The notes under the pieces: generated by a model
What the model was told of the DNA's origin: nothing
The model's database searches: none
What the model saw: only the letters and a program-made list of their open reading frames with translations
Shown here: positions 1 through 8,169 of the stretch, in pieces
Layout: the number at the start of each line of letters is the position of its first letter
How positions within the stretch are numbered: position 1 is the first letter of the stretch
Translations under genes and position numbers: made by a program
Origin: Thermoplasmatota archaeon
GTDB taxonomy: Archaea; Thermoplasmatota; E2; JACPAO01; JAHFTW01
Assembly: GCA_041618195.1 (NCBI GenBank)
Contig: JBFJNL010000001.1
Location: 1-50,892, forward strand
Reading direction: 5' to 3'
Length of the DNA stretch: 50,892 nt

Positions 1-706
1 GCACGACGGTACGCTCCAAGCTGGTGTTGAACCAGGCGTCGACGCTGACATGGAAGCCGACATCGTTGACCTGCGGGTCTAGGTGGCCGTCGGTGCCGGC
101 CAGCCTGGCCCCTGCCTCGATGACCCAGATGCCCGAACCGTGGGCGGCGATGGTCGCCGCGTCCTGCAGACTCAGTGTTTCGTCGCCCCCGGCCCCCTGA
201 TCGTCGATGGTGGTGAAGGCGTCGTTCGAGACGGCGTCAACAACGGCCATGGAGAGGTCCGGGCCCAGTGGGCCGACGTCGTCGGGCGATAGGCTGATAC
301 GCAGAGCGCTGGCCCCGCTGGGCACGGTGATCTCGACTTGGGTGGTGTGGGCGCGGTTGACCATCGACGGGTCGGTGTGGTCGAAGGTCAACTTGCCGCG
401 GGTCTCGTTGTGATATGGGGCCTCGCCGCCGATGAACGCCATGCCTGGAGCGGCGCTGATGTCGATCTCGAGTGTCATCTGCGACAGCTCGCCGCGCCAG
501 GTGTTGACGATGCGCGGTTCGAGCAGGGTCTCGGACCCGAAGACCGCGGCACCGGGGTCGACGGCGAACGCCGGTCGCATGGCGGGGTTCCATTTGCCCG
601 GCGCGTGGCAATCCCAGCACCGGGTGGAGCTCGCCTCCTGGTAGCCGCCCTCCTGCGCGGCCGCCAAGCTGGCGATGATCAACAATGCGGCGACGAACAA
701 TCGCAT
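1..706 (-). CDS. Secreted CXXCH (heme c motif) protein, N-terminal 235 codons only (3' end beyond window); paralog of the 761..2287 product
   Basis: Hand-translated open frame from ATG 706 to the window edge (open-ended, so absent from the ORF track). It starts with the signal peptide MRLFVAALLIIASLAAAQ, then TRCWDCHAPGKWNPAM (CXXCH at 605..619). It is collinear with the neighbouring gene (VNTWR and DAWFN blocks). Confidence 0.6.
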   Translation of the reverse strand, partial: MRLFVAALLIIASLAAAQEGGYQEASSTRCWDCHAPGKWNPAMRPAFAVDPGAAVFGSETLLEPRIVNTWRGELSQMTLEIDISAAPGMAFIGGEAPYHNETRGKLTFDHTDPSMVNRAHTTQVEITVPSGASALRISLSPDDVGPLGPDLSMAVVDAVSNDAFTTIDDQGAGGDETLSLQDAATIAAHGSGIWVIEAGARLAGTDGHLDPQVNDVGFHVSVDAWFNTSLERTVV

Positions 707-730
707 GGTCGATACCCCTCTTCGTGACTA

Positions 731-737
731 CTTAAAC
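731..737 (-). promoter_or_regulatory. TATA-like box (GTTTAAG on minus strand) about 28 nt upstream of ATG 706
   Basis: This is the only AT-rich element in the 54-nt spacer. Its spacing matches the other first-gene starts in this window. Confidence 0.3.
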
Positions 738-760
738 AGACAGTCCGGCCCGTCGAATCG

Positions 761-2287
761 TCAACGGCCTTGGCTGGCCGGGGTCAACGGGTCGCTGTAG
801 TTGAGGAACTCCTGGACGAAGCCGAAGTTCTGCCCATCCAGCAGCATGTGCACCACGGTGAACAGGATGGCGGCCAGGCTGAGGGTGAAGTGGGTCCAGC
901 GCCAGGTGGCGTAGTTCCACTTGCGGATCATCGGCACCTGCACAGCGCCGGTGACACCAAGCGCCAGCATGCACAGGATGCCAAGGCCACCCCAGATCAA
1001 CCCCAATTGCCACGGGTAGTTCGGCTCGATGGTGTCCCACACGAAGATGACCATGTGGGCGATGGCGGCGGCGATGATGCCGTAGCTGAGGAAGTTATGG
1101 AACGCGACGCGGCGCCGGGCGCTGCCGAAGATGACGTTCATCTGACGACGGCTGCCCTTGCCGAAGATGCCGCCGGTCCAGACACTGGCGATGAGCAGGA
1201 ACGCCGAGGCGTAACCGACCGCCTCGCTGATGGCGGCCATGCTGACACCGATGACGCCGACGGCGTTGACGATGATGTCCGCCGGCTCCAGCCCCATCTT
1301 CAGTGTCCCATCGGGGAGCTGCATGAAGGGGGCGGTCCGGTTGATGGTCATGTTGTCCCAGTCCTCCTCGGGTGGCGTCGGCGGCTCGTGTTCGTAGTAC
1401 AGCGTCGCGTTGGCGATGACGTTGATGCGCTGCGGGGCGGTCGGTGCGTCAAGGACGATGACGCGCCAGGTGAACACGGCCTTCGTGCCCTTCGCGGTGG
1501 GTCCCGCGGAGGTCTTGACCTGTTGGACTTCCTGGGTCGCGTTGAACCAGGCATCCATGGTGATGGTGAAATCGACGTCGCCGTACTGCGGGTCGAGCTG
1601 GGCGGTGGCCGGATTGGTCGGCGTCAGTTCGATGGGCGTGACTTCGGCCTCGATGGTCCAGTTGCCGAAGCCGTGGCTGGCGACCTTCGATGCGCCGTCG
1701 AGGTGCAGGACTTCGCTGGCGCCCTTGCCGGCTTCATCGATGGTCAACGATGGCGGGGCATCGCTGGCCGTGCGACTGTCAAAGACGCGCATGGTCAGGT
1801 CTGGGCCGCGGTTGGCGTCGTTGTTGGTCGGCGCCATGACCAGCTTGACGGCGGTCGCGCCGACCGGGATGTCCACGAGGACGCCCGCCCGCTGCGGCGT
1901 CGTGAGGAAAGGTTGGGTCGGCTGGTTCGGTACCGCCGCCTCGATGACGATGGTGCCGTCGTAGACGGCGTTGTCCGGGTCTTGGGTGCCCACGAAACGC
2001 AAGGAGGGCGCCTCGGAGATGTCCAAGGTGACGAACATGCCCTGGGTCTCGGCCCGCCATGTGTTGACGAGTTCGGCGCGGTAATCGAACTCCTCGCCGA
2101 CGACGGGGTTGGCCAACAGCGGCAAGACGTCAAACGCCGGCGTCATGGCCGGATTCCATTTGCCGGGCGCGTGGCAGTCCCAGCAACGCGTCTGGTCGTT
2201 AGGCTTGTACTCCGAGCGGTCCTGGGCGCTGACCGTGGCGGCCAGGACAAGGAGAGCGACGACTGACAGGAGGCGCCATGCCTTCAC
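761..2287 (-). CDS. Membrane protein: signal peptide, CXXCH motif, beta-rich ectodomain, C-terminal di-heme-b-like (ferric-reductase-like) 4-TM module
   Basis: Track ORF 761..2584, trimmed to GTG 2287, which gives MKAWRLLSVVALLVLAATVSAQ (alternative GTG 2305). CWDCH lies at 2171..2185. The C-terminal helices FHNFLSYGIIAAAIAH and THFTLSLAAILFTVVH each carry an H-x13-H pair (His codons from 1097..1099 down to 848..850). Confidence 0.65.
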   Translation of the reverse strand: MKAWRLLSVVALLVLAATVSAQDRSEYKPNDQTRCWDCHAPGKWNPAMTPAFDVLPLLANPVVGEEFDYRAELVNTWRAETQGMFVTLDISEAPSLRFVGTQDPDNAVYDGTIVIEAAVPNQPTQPFLTTPQRAGVLVDIPVGATAVKLVMAPTNNDANRGPDLTMRVFDSRTASDAPPSLTIDEAGKGASEVLHLDGASKVASHGFGNWTIEAEVTPIELTPTNPATAQLDPQYGDVDFTITMDAWFNATQEVQQVKTSAGPTAKGTKAVFTWRVIVLDAPTAPQRINVIANATLYYEHEPPTPPEEDWDNMTINRTAPFMQLPDGTLKMGLEPADIIVNAVGVIGVSMAAISEAVGYASAFLLIASVWTGGIFGKGSRRQMNVIFGSARRRVAFHNFLSYGIIAAAIAHMVIFVWDTIEPNYPWQLGLIWGGLGILCMLALGVTGAVQVPMIRKWNYATWRWTHFTLSLAAILFTVVHMLLDGQNFGFVQEFLNYSDPLTPASQGR

Positions 2288-2376
2288 AGGCGACCATGCT
2301 GACACCGGGTTCTTGAATGCTCGGTTCGCATCCTCGAACCCTCGGGGCTTTTCTTCGGGGCCTCGGTCGCCGCTGC

Positions 2377-3063
2377 ATGGACGCTGAATCTCTGAAGCGA
2401 CAGGCTGGCGAGGCGGCCGCCGCCGTCGTCGAGAACGGCATGGTCGTCGGGCTCGGCACGGGCTCCACGGTGAAGTACACCATCCTCGAGCTCGCTCGCC
2501 GGGTCCGCGAGGAAGGACTCGACATGGTCGGCATCCCGACCAGCGACGCGTCAGAGAAGCTGGCCTTGGACGGCGGCATCGCATTGACCACGTTGGATGA
2601 ACATCCGATCATCGACGTCACCATCGACGGTGCCGACGAGATCGATGTCCATTTCCACCTCATCAAAGGCGGCGGCGGTGCCCTGACCCGCGAGAAGATC
2701 GTCGCCCGGGCCAGCAAACGCATGGTCGTGGTGGCCGACGATCGCAAGGAGGTCGAACTCCTCGGCAGCACCTTCGCACTCCCCGTCGAGGTCATCCGCC
2801 TGGGCCTGACGCCCGTGCAGCGGCTTCTTGAGGCCCTCGGCGCCACTGTCACGGTGCGCCAGCAGGGCGGCGGACTCTACCTGACCGACAACGGCAACCC
2901 GATCCTCGACGCCAAGTGGGACCACATCGCCGACCCCGCCGGTCTGGAGCAGACGCTCAACATGTACCCGGGCGTCGTCGAATGCGGTCTGTTCCTAGGC
3001 CTCTGCGACACTGCCTTCATTGCCCGAGCTGATGGCGTTCACATGCGACGCCTTGACGGGTAG
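2377..3063 (+). CDS. rpiA: Ribose-5-phosphate isomerase A
   Basis: Motifs GLGTGST, DGADE and KGGGGALTREKIV. ATG 2377 was chosen inside track ORF 2317..3063. Confidence 0.9.
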   Translation: MDAESLKRQAGEAAAAVVENGMVVGLGTGSTVKYTILELARRVREEGLDMVGIPTSDASEKLALDGGIALTTLDEHPIIDVTIDGADEIDVHFHLIKGGGGALTREKIVARASKRMVVVADDRKEVELLGSTFALPVEVIRLGLTPVQRLLEALGATVTVRQQGGGLYLTDNGNPILDAKWDHIADPAGLEQTLNMYPGVVECGLFLGLCDTAFIARADGVHMRRLDG

Positions 3064-3411
3064 TCGCTGGGCCAGGTCAGCCAGCGCTCTTTGGTACGCC
3101 TTGATCTGCTCCTCGGCTGCGCCGGCGTAGAACGAGTAGATGGCCTTGGGGGTCACGTCCAGATGATAGCTATGCATCGGTCGACCCTTGCCCTCGCGCG
3201 GAATCGGCGATGACGAGATCCAACCCCGCTCGCGCAACGTCCGCATGCCCACCGAGACCTCGGGCTGACGCAGCCCGGTGCGCGACAGGATATCGCTGGT
3301 CGGCAGCGGACTCCGGTCCATCAGGCAAGCGACGAGTTCGGCCTCGACGCGCGCCGTCCCCAGTCGCATCAGGCAATCAGCCAGCGGCGCCGTGCGCATT
3401 CCTTCTTTCAT
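2995..3411 (-). CDS. Winged-helix (ArsR/TrmB-like) transcriptional regulator
   Basis: MKEGMRTAPL...TSDILSRTGLRQPEVSVGMRTLRERGWI...GKGRPMHSYHL has a wHTH pattern. AGGAGG lies directly upstream of ATG 3411. The 3' end overlaps the rpiA 3' end. Confidence 0.7.
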   Translation of the reverse strand: MKEGMRTAPLADCLMRLGTARVEAELVACLMDRSPLPTSDILSRTGLRQPEVSVGMRTLRERGWISSSPIPREGKGRPMHSYHLDVTPKAIYSFYAGAAEEQIKAYQRALADLAQRLPVKASHVNAISSGNEGSVAEA

Positions 3412-3543
3412 CGTCCTCCTAAAATGATTGGTGGCCGAAGTATAAGGCATGCAGGCTGAGGGGCACAGGCCCGAGCTGGCGGGCGAACGGCGGGGCCCTG
3501 AACGGCGCCCGCGCGGGGCGGTTGCGGGGGCGTCGCGGCCGGC

Positions 3544-3550
3544 TTTATTA
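3544..3550 (+). promoter_or_regulatory. TATA-like box (TTTATTA) about 26 nt upstream of csl4 ATG
   Basis: AT-rich heptamer in an otherwise GC-rich spacer. The spacing fits a leaderless transcript. Confidence 0.35.
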
Positions 3551-3572
3551 GGGAGCTGGGGCTGGCGCGGCC

Positions 3573-4136
3573 ATGACCAAAAGGATCGTCGGCCCAGGCA
3601 CCCCCCTGGCATACTCGGAGGAACTCTTGCCTGGCGAGGGCACCTACGATGACGGTGAGCACATCCGCGCCGCCGTCTACGGCACCGAGAACGTCAACAG
3701 CGACACGATGGCCGTTTCCATCGAACCCGTCGGCCGTGGCGTCACCATGATCGAGAAGGACGACATCGTGGTAGGCCGCGTCGGCTTCGTCAAGGAACAG
3801 CTGGCCAGTGTGCAGATCCTCGCCATCCGCGGCAAGGAAGGCAGCCTCCTCCAGCGCGTCGAAGGCACGCTCCACGTCTCCAAGATCGACAACCGGTTCA
3901 TCAAGGACGTCGCCGAGGAATTCCAGGTCGGCGACATCATCCGCGCCAAGGTCATCGGCCTCAAGGGCGGACCGCAGCTCGTGACCGACAAGCCCGAATT
4001 CGGTGTCATCAAGGCGTTCAGCCGCAACGATCCGACCCAGATGTTGGTCCGCAAGGGCTCGGTTCTGGAAGACTCCGAGGACGGTCACCGCGAGAAGCGC
4101 AAGATCGCCGAAGACTACGGCAGCGGCACCATCTAG
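3573..4136 (+). CDS. csl4: Exosome complex RNA-binding protein Csl4 (S1 domain; C-terminal zinc-ribbon region without cysteines)
   Basis: Shows the N-terminal LPGE..Y motif, S1-like VGRVGFVKEQLASVQI...HVSKI...F.VGDIIRAKV, and the conserved archaeal neighbourhood with rpoL. Confidence 0.85.
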   Translation: MTKRIVGPGTPLAYSEELLPGEGTYDDGEHIRAAVYGTENVNSDTMAVSIEPVGRGVTMIEKDDIVVGRVGFVKEQLASVQILAIRGKEGSLLQRVEGTLHVSKIDNRFIKDVAEEFQVGDIIRAKVIGLKGGPQLVTDKPEFGVIKAFSRNDPTQMLVRKGSVLEDSEDGHREKRKIAEDYGSGTI

Positions 4137-4271
4137 GCCACTGCACCAGGCTCCATCGCGTCCCTCCAGCGGATGCGCCCCTTGGCGACACCCCCGCCTC
4201 ACGCCACTTCTGGGGCCGCGCCAAACGGCGTGATCGGCCGGCCGCGGACCGTGCGACTCGCCCAACAACGG

Positions 4272-4278
4272 TTAATAA
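4272..4278 (+). promoter_or_regulatory. TATA-like box (TTAATAA) about 31 nt upstream of rpoL ATG
   Basis: Isolated AT-rich element in the csl4-rpoL spacer. Confidence 0.35.
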
Positions 4279-4305
4279 GGCCCCTCATGTCGGCGCGCCC
4301 GTACC

Positions 4306-4590
4306 ATGGAACTGCGCATCTTGAGCCAGGAGAAGAACGAGCTCGAAGTCGAGGTCCTCGGCGAGAACGAGACCCTGCTCAACCCCGTCAAGCAAGCCCT
4401 GCTTGCCGACAAGGACGTCGATTTCGCGGAGTACATCATCGAGCACCCTCAGCTCAGTGTCCCCAAGATCTTCTTGCGGACCAAGGGCAACACGAAGCCC
4501 GAGACCGTGCTCAAGCGCACGATCAAGAGCCTCATCGCGGAGTTCGACGCTTTCGAAGACGCTTTCGTCACCGCCCTGAAGAAGGCGTAG
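4306..4590 (+). CDS. rpoL: DNA-directed RNA polymerase subunit L (Rpo11)
   Basis: 94 aa. MELRILSQEKNELEVEVLGENETLLNPVKQALL...HPQL has the typical RpoL/Rpb11 fold signature. Confidence 0.85.
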   Translation: MELRILSQEKNELEVEVLGENETLLNPVKQALLADKDVDFAEYIIEHPQLSVPKIFLRTKGNTKPETVLKRTIKSLIAEFDAFEDAFVTALKKA

Positions 4591-4596
4591 GGCTCC

Positions 4597-5877
4597 ATGC
4601 CCGACCCGCCCGCGGCCGAACAAGCCCTCGGCCTGGGTGCCTACCTGACGAGCCAGCCCGGCATCGGTGGTAAGCTGCGCACCGAGGCGGAAGACTTCCA
4701 AGTCATCGAGCTCGGCCCCGGCCCCAAACAGGCCGACGACGGGCGCTTTGCGGCGGCCCGCGTCCGCCTGCGCAACTGGGAGACCAACCGCTTCGTCGGC
4801 AAGGCCGCCCAGCGCCTGCGCATCAAACGCCAACAGGTCGGCTTCGCCGGCATGAAGGACAAACGCGCCGTCACCGAGCAATGGTTCACCTTCCAGATGC
4901 GGGGCGACTTCTGCCACGAACTGGAAGACCTGCAAGACGTGCAGGTCCTCGAGACCCGCCGCACCGCAACCCGGCAGTTCGCCGGCGCCCACGACGGCAA
5001 CCGGTTCGTCCTGCGCATCCGCGACCACACAGCCGAGCCCGGCCAGGTCGAAGGCATCATCGAAGGCATCCGCCGCGAGGGGGGCGTCCCGCACTACTTC
5101 GGCCCGCAACGCTTCGGCAGCGGGGTCCGACCCACCACCCACCTCATGGGCAAGGCCCTGGTCGCCGGCGACCTGGAAGAGGCCGTCCGGCTGTACTGTG
5201 GCCACCCCACCGACGGAGAACGGGACGACACCTACCATGCGCGGATGATCTACGAGACCACTCGTGACGCCGCGGCCACCCTGGAGTTCCTTCCCCATCA
5301 ACTGGACCTCGAACACGGCATCCTCGAGCGCTTGGTCCGCGAACCTGGCAATTGGGTCTACGCGCTCAACTCCATGCCCGCCAACCTGCTGACGCTGTTC
5401 GTCCATAGCTGGCAGAGTTTCATCTTCAACCACATCGTCACCGCGCGCCTCGCGGCGGGCCTCGGCCTGAACACCGCCCACATCGGCGACCGCGTCATGG
5501 CGTTCGAGGACGACGGCCTGCGCACCCATCTGGTGACGCCGGCCAACCAGCAACGCATCCAGGCAGAGATCGATGCCGGTCGGGCCAGCCCCACCGTCAT
5601 CTTGCCCGGCATGAACGTCGACCTGGCCGAGGGCAAGCCTGGTGAGATCGAGCGCGCCGTGCTGGAGAAGTACGATGTCCATCCCCGTGAGTTCCGGGCC
5701 TACGCCATGCCGAGCCTCGCTTCCGCTGGCCGCCGCCGCTGCGCTTTGCAGCGCGTCGAGGACCTGACGCTTGAATGGATCGACGGCGACCCGGTCATCG
5801 GGTTCAGTCTCGGCCGCGGCAGTTATGCCACGGTCGTGATGCGTGAGGTCATGAAGGCCTCCCTCGACGACTACTGA
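4597..5877 (+). CDS. truD: tRNA pseudouridine(13) synthase TruD
   Basis: Contains GGKLR..EDFQV.E and the catalytic GFAGMKDKRAVT motif. 426 aa. Confidence 0.9.
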   Translation: MPDPPAAEQALGLGAYLTSQPGIGGKLRTEAEDFQVIELGPGPKQADDGRFAAARVRLRNWETNRFVGKAAQRLRIKRQQVGFAGMKDKRAVTEQWFTFQMRGDFCHELEDLQDVQVLETRRTATRQFAGAHDGNRFVLRIRDHTAEPGQVEGIIEGIRREGGVPHYFGPQRFGSGVRPTTHLMGKALVAGDLEEAVRLYCGHPTDGERDDTYHARMIYETTRDAAATLEFLPHQLDLEHGILERLVREPGNWVYALNSMPANLLTLFVHSWQSFIFNHIVTARLAAGLGLNTAHIGDRVMAFEDDGLRTHLVTPANQQRIQAEIDAGRASPTVILPGMNVDLAEGKPGEIERAVLEKYDVHPREFRAYAMPSLASAGRRRCALQRVEDLTLEWIDGDPVIGFSLGRGSYATVVMREVMKASLDDY

Positions 5878-5940
5878 TTGAGCGGCACCGCGAGCGCAGC
5901 TTTTTCCCCGTGCTGGGGGTGTGAAGCCTGGACCCGGTCC

Positions 5941-6651
5941 ATGGCCCCCGACGATTCCCCCTCCCTACAACGCCCGTTCCGGCTTCTGGCTGCGCTGCTC
6001 GCCGTCGGCCTCGTCATCGCGGCCATGCTCGCGGCACTCGGGGTCAATGGTCCCGGCTTGCTGACGCTGGAGCAGGCGGTCTTCGGGTTGGGTGTCGCGA
6101 TGGCCATCACGGCCATCATCATCGTCGTCGTGCTGCTGCGCCTTGGTCGCGTGCTCGAGGAACTGCGCAAGGTGCGCGCCGAGAACCGCGACATCCGCAC
6201 GCAGCTGTCTGCCTCTGAGCAGAAGCAGCACGTCATCCTGCTCGAAGGCATCGGCGACACCTACGCCGCCCGCCTCAATCAGGTCGGCATCATCACGGTC
6301 CCCCAGCTCATCCGCGCCGACGCCGGCTACGTGGGCCAACAGATCAATGTCAGCGCCAACATCGTGCGCGGCTGGCAGGCCATGGGTCAACTGACGCAGA
6401 TCAAAGGCATCGGCCCCCAATACGCCGAGCTGCTCGTCAAGTCCGGCATCACCACTGTCGCGGAACTGGCCCGCGTCAACCCGGCCGCCTTGATGGCGAC
6501 CATCGAGACCGTCCAGGACACGCGCAAGGTCGCGATCCAGAAGGGCGAGATCGGTCAAGGTCATGTCGAGCGCTGGGTCCATGCCGCATCCGAGCACCTC
6601 AACAACGCCGTCACCGGCAGCCGCCGCGCGGCCCCTGCCCAACGCAAGTAA
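5941..6651 (+). CDS. Membrane protein with two N-terminal TM helices, a coiled coil and a DUF4332-like helix-hairpin-helix domain
   Basis: EGIGDTYAARLNQVGI...IKGIGPQYAELLVKSGITTVAELA contains two HhH motifs. ATG 5941 was preferred over TTG 5878. Confidence 0.7.
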   Translation: MAPDDSPSLQRPFRLLAALLAVGLVIAAMLAALGVNGPGLLTLEQAVFGLGVAMAITAIIIVVVLLRLGRVLEELRKVRAENRDIRTQLSASEQKQHVILLEGIGDTYAARLNQVGIITVPQLIRADAGYVGQQINVSANIVRGWQAMGQLTQIKGIGPQYAELLVKSGITTVAELARVNPAALMATIETVQDTRKVAIQKGEIGQGHVERWVHAASEHLNNAVTGSRRAAPAQRK

Positions 6652-6695
6652 GCGCCGGCCCAGGGACCGGGGTCTGCTGGTGGCTGGCTGCTCGA

Positions 6696-7145
6696 TCAGG
6701 TCTCGCCGCGATCAAGGCGCCAGAGGAACGAGCCGGCAGGCTCGGAGGCCATGACCACGTCCGCGGTGACCTTTTGGCCCTGATTGAGGAGACAGTCGGC
6801 GGCCGGTCCGACGATGCACAGGCGCTCGCCGTGGCCCCAGGCCACGCCCAGCGGCCGCTGCAGCGCTTTGGTCTCCACGTCCCAGACCTCATCATCCACC
6901 GTCAACACGATGCGGACGCCGTCTGTCATCACAGGGACGCCCTGGTTCGTGAGGTGTAGACTGTCTGGGCGGGTGTCCGCCCGCACGGGGTGCCCCATCG
7001 TTCCGACCGTGTCGCCGGTGTCACCCAACAACGAGGCCGCGAAGCCGATACCCGCTGCCGACACGACGGCCAGCATGAGCAGCACAGGGATGGGTGAGAC
7101 GGCCACCTGTTGGAGCAGGCGGCCACATCCTTGAACCGCGCGCAA
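6696..7145 (-). CDS. Archaeal type IV pilin-like protein (class III signal peptide, DUF1628-like)
   Basis: The N-terminus ..QQVAVSPIPVLLMLAVVSAAGIGFAASLLG resembles the archaeal pilin AVSPVIGVILMVAITV consensus. The start is TTG 7145, and the exact start is uncertain. Confidence 0.55.
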   Translation of the reverse strand: MRAVQGCGRLLQQVAVSPIPVLLMLAVVSAAGIGFAASLLGDTGDTVGTMGHPVRADTRPDSLHLTNQGVPVMTDGVRIVLTVDDEVWDVETKALQRPLGVAWGHGERLCIVGPAADCLLNQGQKVTADVVMASEPAGSFLWRLDRGET

Positions 7146-7165
7146 GTTCCCCGGGCCCTTTGGCC

Positions 7166-8119
7166 CTATTTGTGGCCGGCCAGGACGAAGTGGGCAAGCA
7201 GCGCTTCGATCTGGATGCGCTCATTGCTGCCTTCGACGAGTCGGAACTCGATCTCGCCCACCTTGTCGATGAGGTGGACCTTCTTGATGTCCGGGATGGT
7301 GAGATCAAAGACGCTGCGGTGGATCTGTCTGATGACATCCTCGCCGCTCAGCCCGTAGTCGATCAACAGGCCGTCGAGGCGGTTGCGGGCGGCCATGAAG
7401 TCGCCATCCAAGGCGGTCTCGATGAGTGCCTTGACCTCGTCGGGGCGGGCGGTGCTGGTCGTCTTGTAGATGGCGTCTGCATCGACGGTGCCACCGAGCG
7501 TCGCCGCGACCTGCAGCGTGTTGACGGTCTTACGCAGGTCGCCCTTGGCGACGAACACAAGCGCTTCGACACCATCGGCGGTGATCTCGACGCTTTCGTC
7601 CTTGGCGATCTTGCGGATGTATTTCTTGATCTGATCCGTCTGCAAGGGGCGGAAGCGGAACACCGCGCACCGGCTCTGGATCGGATCGATGATCTTGGAG
7701 GAGTAGTTGCAGCTCAGCACGAAGCGCGTCGTGTGGGTGTAGCGCTCCATGGTGCGGCGCAGGGCCGATTGGGCGTCGTGGGTCAAGGCATCGGCTTCGT
7801 CCAAGAAGACGATCTTGAATCCGGTGCGGTCCGTGGTGCTGACGCGGGCGAATTCCTTGATCTTGCCGCGCACTACGCCGATACCACGCTCGTCCGAGGC
7901 GTTGAGTTCCAAGAAGCGGCCCTTCCAGTCGTCGCCCCACAGGTCCTTGGCGAGCGCGATGGCGCTGGTCGTCTTGCCGGTGCCGGGCGGGCCGGCGAAC
8001 ATCATGTGGGGGATGCTGTTGTTCTGGACGTACGCCTTGAGGCGTTCCACCGTGTCCTCTTGGCCGACGACGTCGTCCAGGGTCTGGGGCCGGTACTTCT
8101 CTACCCACACGTCCTTCAT
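7166..8119 (-). CDS. rfcS: Replication factor C small subunit
   Basis: MKDVWVEKYRPQTLDDVVGQ, Walker A GPPGTGKTT, DEAD and SRC motifs. 317 aa, no intein. Confidence 0.95.
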   Translation of the reverse strand: MKDVWVEKYRPQTLDDVVGQEDTVERLKAYVQNNSIPHMMFAGPPGTGKTTSAIALAKDLWGDDWKGRFLELNASDERGIGVVRGKIKEFARVSTTDRTGFKIVFLDEADALTHDAQSALRRTMERYTHTTRFVLSCNYSSKIIDPIQSRCAVFRFRPLQTDQIKKYIRKIAKDESVEITADGVEALVFVAKGDLRKTVNTLQVAATLGGTVDADAIYKTTSTARPDEVKALIETALDGDFMAARNRLDGLLIDYGLSGEDVIRQIHRSVFDLTIPDIKKVHLIDKVGEIEFRLVEGSNERIQIEALLAHFVLAGHK

Positions 8120-8169
8120 TACGCCGGCCAGCGGGATGGGGTTGATGAATGGTCTGATGCCGAGTGGAC

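Noticed and set aside
2995-3063. 69-nt convergent overlap between the 3' ends of rpiA and the wHTH regulator.
   Set aside because: Both reading frames are otherwise well supported. Such tail-to-tail overlaps occur in compact GC-rich genomes, and I see no evidence of a frameshift or fusion.
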